Origin: Spirochaetia bacterium
Lineage (GTDB): Bacteria > Spirochaetota > Spirochaetia > CAKZLE01
Reading direction: 5' to 3'
DNA: 64,000 nucleotides
Assembly (NCBI GenBank): GCA_963677595.1
Contig: OY782041.1
Coordinates: forward strand, 992,001 to 1,056,000
Below are positions 1-8,542 of this stretch, one piece after another (the first letter of the stretch is position 1; each line of letters starts with the position of its first letter). The position numbers and the translations under genes were made by a program. The notes beneath the pieces were generated by a model. The model worked only from the letters and a program-made list of their open reading frames with translations. It searched no databases and had not been told where the DNA came from.

Positions 1-21
1 TATAGAAGAGGAGATCATTGT

Positions 22-279
22 ATGGGACAATCAACAGTGAATATCACTTTTCGGATGGATTCTGAGCTGAAACGCAATCTGGAACAAACTTGCCAGGAGC
101 TGGGATTAACACTCACTGCAGCATTCACCATCTTCGCAACGAAGGTAGCCAGGGAGAAACGCATACCGTTTGAAGTTGCTGTTGATCCTTTCTACAGTGA
201 CCAGAACATGGCCAGACTTCATACATCTATTGCACAGATGGAAGCGCTAGGCGGGACAATCGAGGGTATCAGGGAATAA
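22..279 (+). CDS. RelB/DinJ family type II antitoxin (no toxin downstream)
   Basis: 85 aa; N-terminal RHH-like NITFRMDSELK and AFTIFATKVAREKRIPFEV..DPFYS are typical of DinJ/RelB; GAGGAG RBS upstream. Confidence 0.85.
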   Translation: MGQSTVNITFRMDSELKRNLEQTCQELGLTLTAAFTIFATKVAREKRIPFEVAVDPFYSDQNMARLHTSIAQMEALGGTIEGIRE

Positions 280-333
280 TCTGTTGGTACTCTGTTCAAC
301 AGAGGTTGTCTCATATGGTATCTGCCAAACCAT
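247..333 (-). pseudogene. Probable N-terminal remnant of a RelE/StbE toxin (28 codons)
   Basis: ATG overlaps the antitoxin 3' end and reads MVWQIPYE, like the MxWxIEY/F start of RelE toxins, then stops after 28 codons. Confidence 0.45.
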
Positions 334-550
334 GTGCTTCGATGACCGTATCCAGTGTATGTGTGCTGCTTCGGCCTGCCCTGAGATCTTCTTCTCGCTT
401 CTCTGCCAAATACACCATTTCCTGCTCGGATACCTTTTCCAGAAGAGCTTCCTGGATATAATACGTCTTTGTTCTTCCTGTCCGTTTTGCCAGATTATCG
501 ATGCGGTCAATCAGCTCTTCCGGCAGTCTCACAGATATCGTTCTTCTCAT
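311..550 (-). CDS. CopG/RHH family antitoxin (RelB-like)
   Basis: From ATG at 550 (AGGAG RBS upstream): MRRTISVRLPEELIDRIDNLAKRTGRTKTYYIQEAL...GLAD, the usual partner of RelE/StbE toxins. Confidence 0.8.
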   Translation of the reverse strand: MRRTISVRLPEELIDRIDNLAKRTGRTKTYYIQEALLEKVSEQEMVYLAEKREEDLRAGRSSTHTLDTVIEAHGLADTI

Positions 551-684
551 GACTGTAATCTCCTGAGAAGATTGTATCACATGTATTACGGGCAAGACAA
601 ACCAAGATTGGCACCAAGTTCAACAGGGAAAGATATCGTCTCCTGAACACCCTTGTTTTACCGTCGGACCGACCCAAATCTCTT

Positions 685-1854
685 CTACACCATACTTTCA
701 AGATGGATTGCCATACGAACCCTCAACAGCATGACATTGGGGATCAGTTTATTCTCCGGCGTTCTCACGAGCAGGTTCATGTCCTCCAATGCCTCAAGGT
801 CACGTATGAACGTACGCTCAGATACTTGCCTGTAGAGAAGCAGCACCTCCTGAGATGCATCCTGAAATCCTGAGCATGCCCTCCCCGGCTGCCAGTTCAG
901 GACCAACTCCCTTCGTCTCCTGTGCAGGGAGCTGAGCTGAGCGGTATGCCGAGATCTCAAGGAATTGAACTGTTCGAATATATAGCTTCTCCACGCAATC
1001 TGCAGAGCGGATACCTGAACTGTATCCAACACCTCCCTCAACCCGTCAAGCAGCCCTTCCACCGCATACCGCAGAAACTCACTCAAGTCGTTGCTCCGGG
1101 TAGCCTGCCCGATCTTCGCATAATACATAGCCCTGGTGTCATTATAGTGGTTTGATAGAATGTGCGATGCAATATTCGGCATCCCCGCCCTCATCAGGAT
1201 ATAGAATTCCAGCAGCCGAGCTGTCCGTCCATTGCCATCCAGGAATGGATGTATCCAGGCAATATACATATGGGCAACTATAGCCTGTACTATTGCTTCC
1301 GTTATTGACTGGGCTGCTCCGAAATGGAACTCTGACTTCAGCCATTCACACAAGTCATGTACATACTTCGGGACTTCACTGAAGTTTGGCGCCCGGTAAT
1401 CACCGACATAGACATTCCTTCGCCTGAACGTACCGGGGTCAGCTTGAAAAGACTCCCCTACATCCCTCCCGACCAGCTCATGCAGCTGCAGCAGAAGAGA
1501 TTCACTGATATACTCAATATTATTCTTGAACACCAGCTCGCCCATGATAAAACTGAATGCACTCAGAATATTGCTGACTTCCTTCTCCTGATACTCCTTG
1601 CTTGGCTTCGGGGCATGTCCGACACTCCCGATCTTTTCGATCTCCACCAGAGAAAGGGTGTTCCCCTCGATGGCAGTGGTAGCCTGGGCTCCTTTTCTCA
1701 TGGAGACAAGCATCAACTGCTGATGATATTGCGGAAGAATGGGTGTATCGGAGATGGCTTGTATCAATCCCTTACATTCACCAAGCATGCTGGCAAGTTC
1801 CTGGTCGATCTCCCATCGTTTCCTGAAACAGATATGATCATGATTGGTATGCAT
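685..1854 (-). CDS. Fic family protein (class II-like) with probable C-terminal wHTH
   Basis: Canonical HPFLDGNGRTAR Fic motif; N-terminal inhibitory-type TTAIEGN; C-terminal VSERTFIRDLEALEDMNLL. Confidence 0.92.
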   Translation of the reverse strand: MHTNHDHICFRKRWEIDQELASMLGECKGLIQAISDTPILPQYHQQLMLVSMRKGAQATTAIEGNTLSLVEIEKIGSVGHAPKPSKEYQEKEVSNILSAFSFIMGELVFKNNIEYISESLLLQLHELVGRDVGESFQADPGTFRRRNVYVGDYRAPNFSEVPKYVHDLCEWLKSEFHFGAAQSITEAIVQAIVAHMYIAWIHPFLDGNGRTARLLEFYILMRAGMPNIASHILSNHYNDTRAMYYAKIGQATRSNDLSEFLRYAVEGLLDGLREVLDTVQVSALQIAWRSYIFEQFNSLRSRHTAQLSSLHRRRRELVLNWQPGRACSGFQDASQEVLLLYRQVSERTFIRDLEALEDMNLLVRTPENKLIPNVMLLRVRMAIHLESMV

Positions 1855-1874
1855 ACAAGGCTCCTTTCATAACC

Positions 1875-1902
1875 ATTATACGCAGAATAGAGACCATGTC
1901 AA
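1875..1902 (-). promoter_or_regulatory. sigma70-type promoter of the fic gene
   Basis: Minus strand TTGACA-N16-TATAAT just upstream of the AAGGAG RBS. Confidence 0.7.
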
Positions 1903-2082
1903 ACTCTATCATACTATTTAGCATGATTCCTGTCGCGATCAACAAGAAATCTGTCAAAGATTATATCTTTTCAGTATTAGCAGTTATTTGCCAATTTTCA
2001 TGTTTTTGACAGAAAAGTTGTCAAGAATAATTCAGAATTCTGTCAAGCGTTTTGTCAAGCATCCTGTCATGGATGCTGTCTT

Positions 2083-2796
2083 TCAGTACAGTCCCTTGCA
2101 GATCGGGCAGTCGGGGTCCCGCTCTACGGAGAGGGTGTCTAGGGACATCGCCTCCAGGTCACTGAGCCAGACCTTGCTATACAGCCCCTCGTCCTGCCCA
2201 AGGATGATCTTCACGGCCTGCAGGGCCTGCAGGGAGCCGATGACCCCAGCCACGGCACCGAGGACCGGGACCGGGCCAGATGGTTCTGCGGGGTTCCCCC
2301 AGAAACAGCCGAGGCAGGCATCCCCCCTCCTGATATTCATCTGAAACCCGGTGTATGCGTTGATCCCGGCCTCCACAACCGGTATATCGAGAAGCATCCC
2401 TGTCCGGTTCACCGTCATCCTCGTGTGCACGTTATCGACACAGTCGACGATGACATCGTGGCCCGAGAGGAGCATGTGAGCATTCTCCTCCGTGACCCGT
2501 TCGGTATGGGTATGGTATGTGATCCCTGAATTGAATGATGAGAGTTTCTCTTTGGCTGATTCGGCCTTCATCCGCCCGAGATCACGCTCCCAGTGGAGGA
2601 CCTGCCGGTTGAGGTTGGTCATATCAGCGGCATCATCATCGATGATAGTGATCTCCCCCACCCCTGCAGCTGCAAGGTAGTAGAGGACCGGGCTCCCGAG
2701 CCCCCCGGAACCGATCACGACAGCTTTTGCAGCAACAATACGCTCTTGGCCTTCCTCGCCGAAATCCGGGATGAGTATCTGTCTGGCATATCTCAT
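2083..2796 (-). CDS. ThiF/MoeB/HesA family adenylyltransferase
   Basis: RYARQI, GSGGLGS, TNLNRQ, DCVDN and two CxxC Zn motifs (CLGC, CPIC). Confidence 0.93.
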   Translation of the reverse strand: MRYARQILIPDFGEEGQERIVAAKAVVIGSGGLGSPVLYYLAAAGVGEITIIDDDAADMTNLNRQVLHWERDLGRMKAESAKEKLSSFNSGITYHTHTERVTEENAHMLLSGHDVIVDCVDNVHTRMTVNRTGMLLDIPVVEAGINAYTGFQMNIRRGDACLGCFWGNPAEPSGPVPVLGAVAGVIGSLQALQAVKIILGQDEGLYSKVWLSDLEAMSLDTLSVERDPDCPICKGLY

Positions 2797-2855
2797 GGCT
2801 TCAACCCCCTGAACTTATGTATATCCTACCATACCATGGGGATCAGATACAGGGT

Positions 2856-3065
2856 TCAGCCGCCTGCGGCGAGGGTATAGATCCGGATGTCATCACCATC
2901 CTGCAGCTTCGGCCGCTCAGAGGAGAGCCTCACGAGCCGGCCGTTGATGCTCACGGTGATGAAGTTCATCTCATCGGGCTTGAGCTCTTCATCCCTGATG
3001 AGTTCCTCGATAGTGACCTCGTCATCGATCTCTTTGGGCCTGGTGTTCACCAGGACCCTAATCAC
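2856..3065 (-). CDS. ThiS/MoaD family sulfur carrier protein
   Basis: 69 aa from a GTG overlapping the AOR stop; INGR..LQDGD and C-terminal Gly-Gly. Confidence 0.88.
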   Translation of the reverse strand: MIRVLVNTRPKEIDDEVTIEELIRDEELKPDEMNFITVSINGRLVRLSSERPKLQDGDDIRIYTLAAGG

Positions 3066-4779
3066 GTGCGACGACCTTCTGTCCCATCCTGTCGTAGATC
3101 TCCTGCAGCTGCTCATAGGGGACATCGAAATGGTTCCCGGTCATCGGTGAGGTCTCATCCCGGAAGCGCCGGGGCAGGTCCTTCACCTGCTCACTCCAGC
3201 CGGCCTTGAGGTTGAACTCCTTCTCCCAGCCGATGATCTCAGCACCGATGTCGATGATCTTCTGCCACGACCACTGGCCGCCGTAGAGTCCCTTCATCAT
3301 CTTGACGAGAAGCTTGGAGAAGTACCCCATATCGGCACAGAAGGGCATGATGGTGAACATGCAGAAGCTGCTGTCGATCATGACCGTCAGTGCCTGCTGG
3401 AACAGGGCTGAGGCGACATAGCTGCCGTCCTCGTTGGCAGCAGTGGCCGTCGTATGGTCAGCCCCCTGCGGGGAGACCGCGAAGACGACCCCGAAACCCT
3501 TGTTGTTCTTGGGATCGAAGGAGGGGAAGGTCTGGCCGTTGACCTCGGCGACACGGTCGCACCCGAGGTATTCGCTCAAGGCACGGATGCCCGAGGCAAG
3601 CTGTACACCCTCCTCTTCACCGGTGCCTATCCCATCGATGAGCCTGATAGACCCTTCGGCATCACCCCACTCGAGACGACCTGCATCCATGAAGAGTGCC
3701 AGGGCATGACCGATCTCCATGGTATCGACACCTAACTCATCACACTTCCGTGAGATGACAGCTATCTGGTCAAGGTCATGGATGAGACAGTTGGTGCCGC
3801 AGAGCGCCACGGTCTCATACTGCAGCCCCGAGGTGATGTACTCACCCTTGTCGTTGCAGTAGGTGTTGGAACTCCTGATCACGCAGCCGGGATGGCATAC
3901 GAGGCCATGTTTCCCGCCGTTCTTCTCGAGCTTGTCGAACAGGGCGTTGGCATCCACCTGGTCGAGTCCCTCACAGACCTCAGCCCGGAAGTTCTTCACC
4001 GGGAGCATGCCGTTCTCGGCCATGGGCCGCAGGACAGCCATGGAGCCGTACTTGGACCGGTTGGCAGTCCCCGGGTGCTTGAGCAGCGCCTTCGCAAACT
4101 CCCTCGCAGTCGTCTTGAAGAGTTCCTCATCGGCATAATCGGGTTTGGAACGGACTTCTGCGTTCTCGATGAGGAAGGCCTTGATCCGCTTGGATCCCAT
4201 GACCGCACCGAGCCCCCCTCGTGCGGAAGCACGGCAGGGCTCGCCGGTGGCGAAGTCGGTGTTCATGATTGCCGATACCGGGTAGAGCTTCTCACCGGCA
4301 GGGCCGATGATAGAGATCGCACAGTCGCGGCCGAACCGTTCATAGAGTTTGTTGACAGCGGTGTAGGTGTCCGCACCGATGAGGTCATCGACCTCATCGA
4401 GGTGGGCCTCCCCCTTGCTGTCGATCCGTACGATGTAGAGATGGTCATCCTCTGGCATGCCCTCGACGATGATCGTCTTCACCCCGTGACGGGTCATATA
4501 GGTGGAGGTGAGCCCTCCGGAATTCGCCTCTTTGATCCCCTTCGTCAAGGGACTCTTGCCCCCGATGGAGATCCTTCCTGCTGTGGTGGCAGTCGTGCCG
4601 GCAAGTAACCCGACGGTCACGATGAGCTTGTTGTCCTTCCCGAGGGGATCACATGCAGGGGGTACTTCATCGGTGAGGATCTTCGCGACGAGTCCCCTCC
4701 CGCCAAGACAGCGGTATGCTTCAGGAACAGCTTCATACTGCACCTGTTTTGTTTCCATATCTACCCGCAGCAGTTTCAT
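3058..4779 (-). CDS. aor: Aldehyde:ferredoxin oxidoreductase (tungstopterin AOR family), divergent active site
   Basis: LGGRGL, KSPLT..IKEANSGG, IGPAGE, RGGLGAVMGSK, DELGVDT and GADH motifs. Confidence 0.92.
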   Translation of the reverse strand: MKLLRVDMETKQVQYEAVPEAYRCLGGRGLVAKILTDEVPPACDPLGKDNKLIVTVGLLAGTTATTAGRISIGGKSPLTKGIKEANSGGLTSTYMTRHGVKTIIVEGMPEDDHLYIVRIDSKGEAHLDEVDDLIGADTYTAVNKLYERFGRDCAISIIGPAGEKLYPVSAIMNTDFATGEPCRASARGGLGAVMGSKRIKAFLIENAEVRSKPDYADEELFKTTAREFAKALLKHPGTANRSKYGSMAVLRPMAENGMLPVKNFRAEVCEGLDQVDANALFDKLEKNGGKHGLVCHPGCVIRSSNTYCNDKGEYITSGLQYETVALCGTNCLIHDLDQIAVISRKCDELGVDTMEIGHALALFMDAGRLEWGDAEGSIRLIDGIGTGEEEGVQLASGIRALSEYLGCDRVAEVNGQTFPSFDPKNNKGFGVVFAVSPQGADHTTATAANEDGSYVASALFQQALTVMIDSSFCMFTIMPFCADMGYFSKLLVKMMKGLYGGQWSWQKIIDIGAEIIGWEKEFNLKAGWSEQVKDLPRRFRDETSPMTGNHFDVPYEQLQEIYDRMGQKVVARD

Positions 4780-4793
4780 GATACGTCTCTCCT

Positions 4794-6014
4794 CTACTCT
4801 GAGTAGCGTGATTTCGTGATCTTTTCCGTCAGGACAGACAGAATGAACGCGATCACAGCCAGGACGATGAAGATGATGATCATCGGACGATAGGAACCGA
4901 GCACATCATATGCAGAGCTTATCACCGGTATACCCAGAGCGGTCCCCCCGGTGAGGATGGCAACGAAAATCCCAATGAACTTGTTGTAATCCTCACTCTT
5001 GATGAAAGAGGAAACGAAGCACGGGACAATAACTGTCTGAGAAGCTACCGAGATACCGAACACGATCGCGAAGATGACGGCTACCCACTGGCTGGCAGTG
5101 ATCAATAGGATCAGGCTGCCGCCGATGAAGGTGGCAAAGACCACACCCATGGTCTTTACAGGCCCGAATTTGTCATAGAAGATCCCGAGTCCCATCTTAC
5201 CGAAAGCAGCCGAGAAGTAGACGACTCCGGAGATAGTCGCTGCCACGACCGGATCGATCCCCTTGTCCTGCAGGAACACCGGTGCGATAACGAGTACCGG
5301 GTGGATGATGATACCCATGATCAGCACAGCGAACGCTCCAAGGATGAAGTTACCGCGCTTAAACCCTTCCTTATAGGTCAGGGTCCCCTCTTCATGGATG
5401 ACCTCATCCCCTGCTTCACCGGCATTCTTGCCCTTGAGGTCTTTCGGTGAATTTCTCACCAGGAGAGTGATCACGATGACCGCTGCCAGGATGAGAATCG
5501 CGGAGACCCGAAAGGAGTACTTGAACCCATGCTTCTGGATCATCTCGCCCACGAGCATACTGAAGACCGTACCGCCGAACCCGCTTCCGGCGAAGATGAG
5601 GCCCATGACGGTACCTTTCTTCTTGGTGAACCAGTTATTCACCAGGGCCGCAGCAGATGATATCGAACTGAAGCCGAACCCAAACCCAAGCAGAGAACCT
5701 GCGAAGTAGAAAGCCGGCAGGGTCGTCGATATTGAGAAAACCATCAAAGCCGCCGTGATGATGATACCACCCATAAAAATCACTTTCCTGACCCCAAGTT
5801 TCTTCTGAAGGACCCCGAAAGCTAGATGTGCAAACATAGCGAAAACCATGAACAGGCTCAAGACGACCGAATATGAAGTTCGGGAGAATCCATACTCCTG
5901 GGTGATCGGTATCTGGTAGAGACTGTTCGGGGAGTTTGCTAACCCGACAACCATGAACGTCATGATAAACGCCCCGATAAACACAACCCAGGCATAACTT
6001 ATTTTTTTACTCAT
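4794..6014 (-). CDS. MFS transporter (OFA/monocarboxylate-like)
   Basis: 406 aa, about 12 hydrophobic segments, WFTKKKG and YDKFGP loop motifs. Confidence 0.9.
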   Translation of the reverse strand: MSKKISYAWVVFIGAFIMTFMVVGLANSPNSLYQIPITQEYGFSRTSYSVVLSLFMVFAMFAHLAFGVLQKKLGVRKVIFMGGIIITAALMVFSISTTLPAFYFAGSLLGFGFGFSSISSAAALVNNWFTKKKGTVMGLIFAGSGFGGTVFSMLVGEMIQKHGFKYSFRVSAILILAAVIVITLLVRNSPKDLKGKNAGEAGDEVIHEEGTLTYKEGFKRGNFILGAFAVLIMGIIIHPVLVIAPVFLQDKGIDPVVAATISGVVYFSAAFGKMGLGIFYDKFGPVKTMGVVFATFIGGSLILLITASQWVAVIFAIVFGISVASQTVIVPCFVSSFIKSEDYNKFIGIFVAILTGGTALGIPVISSAYDVLGSYRPMIIIFIVLAVIAFILSVLTEKITKSRYSE

Positions 6015-6110
6015 TTCGACCTCTGCTATTCATTGGTTTACAGACACAAGTGACCATGTCTTACCATGGCCACCGGTTCGTATCGTATCAGGCATACGCC
6101 TGCATAATAT

Positions 6111-6584
6111 CTAGTTGAATACGGCGCCTTCGTAGCCTTCCCACATCGCTGCCCCGTCCTTGATCCTCTTGACCCTGAACTCAGGCAGGCCTTCGCCCCA
6201 CTCGGTAGCGATGAAGACGTCAGCCATCTCGCAGGCCATCCGCAGGCTGGTGGTGGTGCCGCCGAGGGCAAGGATGTTCGCATCATTGACGATACGTGAA
6301 TCCCGTGCTGCCCAGACGCTCTCCACACGGGCACATCGTGCACCCTTGTTCTTGTTCGCAGCGATGCTGATACCCACACCGGTACCGCAGACCACGATCC
6401 CGAGTTCTGCCTCTCCGCCGGTCACGGCTTCTGCGACATTCCTCGCAACGGTCATATACATCACGGGAGCATCAGGATCGGTAGTCCCGACATTGTTCAC
6501 GTCATGCCCCTGCTCTATCAGGTGCTTCTCAAGTCCAACCATCATCTCATAGCCGCCGGGATCGGCGCCGATCGCTAATTTCAT
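6111..6584 (-). CDS. RpiB/LacA/LacB family sugar isomerase, atypical
   Basis: CGTGVGISIAANK catalytic motif and NDANILALG; the DH and HN motifs are altered. Confidence 0.88.
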   Translation of the reverse strand: MKLAIGADPGGYEMMVGLEKHLIEQGHDVNNVGTTDPDAPVMYMTVARNVAEAVTGGEAELGIVVCGTGVGISIAANKNKGARCARVESVWAARDSRIVNDANILALGGTTTSLRMACEMADVFIATEWGEGLPEFRVKRIKDGAAMWEGYEGAVFN

Positions 6585-6669
6585 CGTTTCCCTCCGTCAA
6601 TAGTATATGTTCTTTTCATATGCACAGCCGCCATCCGGCAGCTGTGCATCCTTCAGCTTCGATACGTCG

Positions 6670-7641
6670 TTATTTCTTCTTTGCCGCGATAACAGCTTCT
6701 GCTGCCTCGACGATGTCCTTGTCGGTCATCTTCATGATCACCTGGAGCTCATCAGGCTGGGCAACCTCACCGAACCGGTTCGGTACACCGATCTTCTTCA
6801 TCGGGACCTGGCAGTACTCGTCACAGAGGACTTCCGCTACCGCACCGCCGAGTCCGCCGGTGATGGAGTGGTTCTCTGCCGTGACGATGGCACCGGTCTC
6901 GTTCGCGCACTTGACGATGGTCTCGACATCGATCGGCTTGATCGTGAAGATATCGACGACACGTGCGGAGATCCCTTTCGCTGCGAGCAGCTCAGCTGCC
7001 TTGAGGCAGTTGTTGAGCATGAGGCTTCCCTCTGCGATGAGGGTGACATCGCTTCCCTCGCGGATGACGTTCGCCTTGCCGAGCTCGAACTCTGAGTCAT
7101 CCTCGTAGACTTTGACGCTTGCCAGTCGTTCAGCACGGATGTAGTAGACGCCGAAGTTCTCGGCTGCGTTCCTGACTGCCCAGCGCATTGCGGCACTGTC
7201 CGCAGGCTCCATGATGACGGCATCGACCATTGGCCGTACCAGCGCGATATCTTCGAGTGCATGGTGTGTCCCGCCGTTCTCCCCGGATGAGATCCCGGGA
7301 GCCGAGGCGATGATCTTCACGTTGTTCTGCCCGTATGCACAGGAGATGTAGTTCTGGTCGCACATCCTTCGTGAAGCGAATACCGCGAAGGTGTGGCAGA
7401 ACGGGATCATTCCGACTGCTGAGAGTCCTGCGGAGATACTCGAGAGTGACTGCTCCGCAACCCCGATATTGACATACCTCTCCGGGAACTCCGCCTGGAA
7501 GTTCGGCCCGAAGATACAGTTACCAAGGTCTGCCTCGACATCGACGATGTTCGGGTTCTCTTTAGCTGATGCGATGAGCTGCTCGTTGTAAGCCAGGGTC
7601 AGCGCTATATCGTTATAGTTCTCTTTTACTAGTTTTACCAT
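6670..7641 (-). CDS. Split transketolase, C-terminal (pyrimidine-binding) subunit
   Basis: ADL, NIGVAEQ, TFAVF, GENGGTHH, TIKPID, ENHSITGGLG. Confidence 0.93.
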   Translation of the reverse strand: MVKLVKENYNDIALTLAYNEQLIASAKENPNIVDVEADLGNCIFGPNFQAEFPERYVNIGVAEQSLSSISAGLSAVGMIPFCHTFAVFASRRMCDQNYISCAYGQNNVKIIASAPGISSGENGGTHHALEDIALVRPMVDAVIMEPADSAAMRWAVRNAAENFGVYYIRAERLASVKVYEDDSEFELGKANVIREGSDVTLIAEGSLMLNNCLKAAELLAAKGISARVVDIFTIKPIDVETIVKCANETGAIVTAENHSITGGLGGAVAEVLCDEYCQVPMKKIGVPNRFGEVAQPDELQVIMKMTDKDIVEAAEAVIAAKKK

Positions 7642-7666
7642 AATGCAAATCTCCTTCTATATTCTC

Positions 7667-8494
7667 TTACGCAAGGGCTTCAAGTTCTTTACGAAGATCC
7701 GCAATGACCTCGTCCGCACCGTCGAATGCCACGCCTCTGCAGGCATGATTCCCGAGGACCGCCTCTTTTGCAGGCCATCCCTTACCCTTGATCGTGTTCA
7801 GGTTGATGAACCCGGGTTTGTCCGATGCCTTGCATCGCTCGATGGCTGCATCGATCGCGTCCACATCGTGACCGTCGACATCTTCCACGTGCCAGCCGAA
7901 CGCCTCGACCTTCTTGCATACATCGCCGATACTGTTGATGTTGTCAACGAACTCGTCAAGCTGCTGCTTGTTATTGTCCATCAGGACAATGAAGTTCTTC
8001 ACACCCTTGTTCGGTGCGATCATCATCGTCTCCCAGACCTGGCCTTCCTGTGCCTCACCGTCACCGATGATGGAGTAGACCATGTTCTCCTTGCCGGCGA
8101 TCTTCAGGCCGATCGCCATACCCAGGGCACAGGATACTCCCTGCCCGAGGGAACCGGTCGTCATGTCGATCCCGGGTGTCTTGTTCTTGTCAGCATGGCT
8201 CGGCAGCCGTGTCCCGAGCTTGTTGATCGTGAGCAGTTCCTCTCTCGGGAAGAACCCCTGAATTGCGAGCGCCGAGTAGAGCGCCGGTCCGCAGTGACCT
8301 TTTGAGAGTACGAAATAATCCCTCTCATCCCACTTGGGGTTCTTGGGATCATACTTCATCTGCTTCCCGTAGAGGACCGCGATCGCGTCCGCTACGGAGA
8401 GAGAGCCTCCGATATGACCGAAACCATGCTTAGCCATCATGTTTACCGTCTCGATTCGAATTTCAAGCGCTAACTTCTTAGGATCGTCCACCAT
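7667..8494 (-). CDS. Split transketolase, N-terminal (ThDP-binding) subunit
   Basis: GHIGGSLS, SKGH, GSLGQG and the GDGE...DNN ThDP motif. Confidence 0.94.
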   Translation of the reverse strand: MVDDPKKLALEIRIETVNMMAKHGFGHIGGSLSVADAIAVLYGKQMKYDPKNPKWDERDYFVLSKGHCGPALYSALAIQGFFPREELLTINKLGTRLPSHADKNKTPGIDMTTGSLGQGVSCALGMAIGLKIAGKENMVYSIIGDGEAQEGQVWETMMIAPNKGVKNFIVLMDNNKQQLDEFVDNINSIGDVCKKVEAFGWHVEDVDGHDVDAIDAAIERCKASDKPGFINLNTIKGKGWPAKEAVLGNHACRGVAFDGADEVIADLRKELEALA

Positions 8495-8542
8495 ATGTGC
8501 CTCCGTTAATAAATATCAATTCTTTTGCCTGGTAAGGCAGTT

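Noticed and set aside
284-646. 120-aa plus-strand ORF as the missing toxin
   Set aside because: Antisense to the RHH antitoxin, Cys-rich, with no RelE/YoeB features
641-662. TCCTGAAC...TTTTAC similarity to 38953-38972 as ends of a large island
   Set aside because: Short gapped match, no integrase and no consistent boundary; probably chance
2083-3065. ThiF plus ThiS as thiamine synthesis or a ubiquitin-like defence system
   Set aside because: No thiG/thiH, E2 or JAB genes; coupling to aor fits pterin cofactor sulfur transfer
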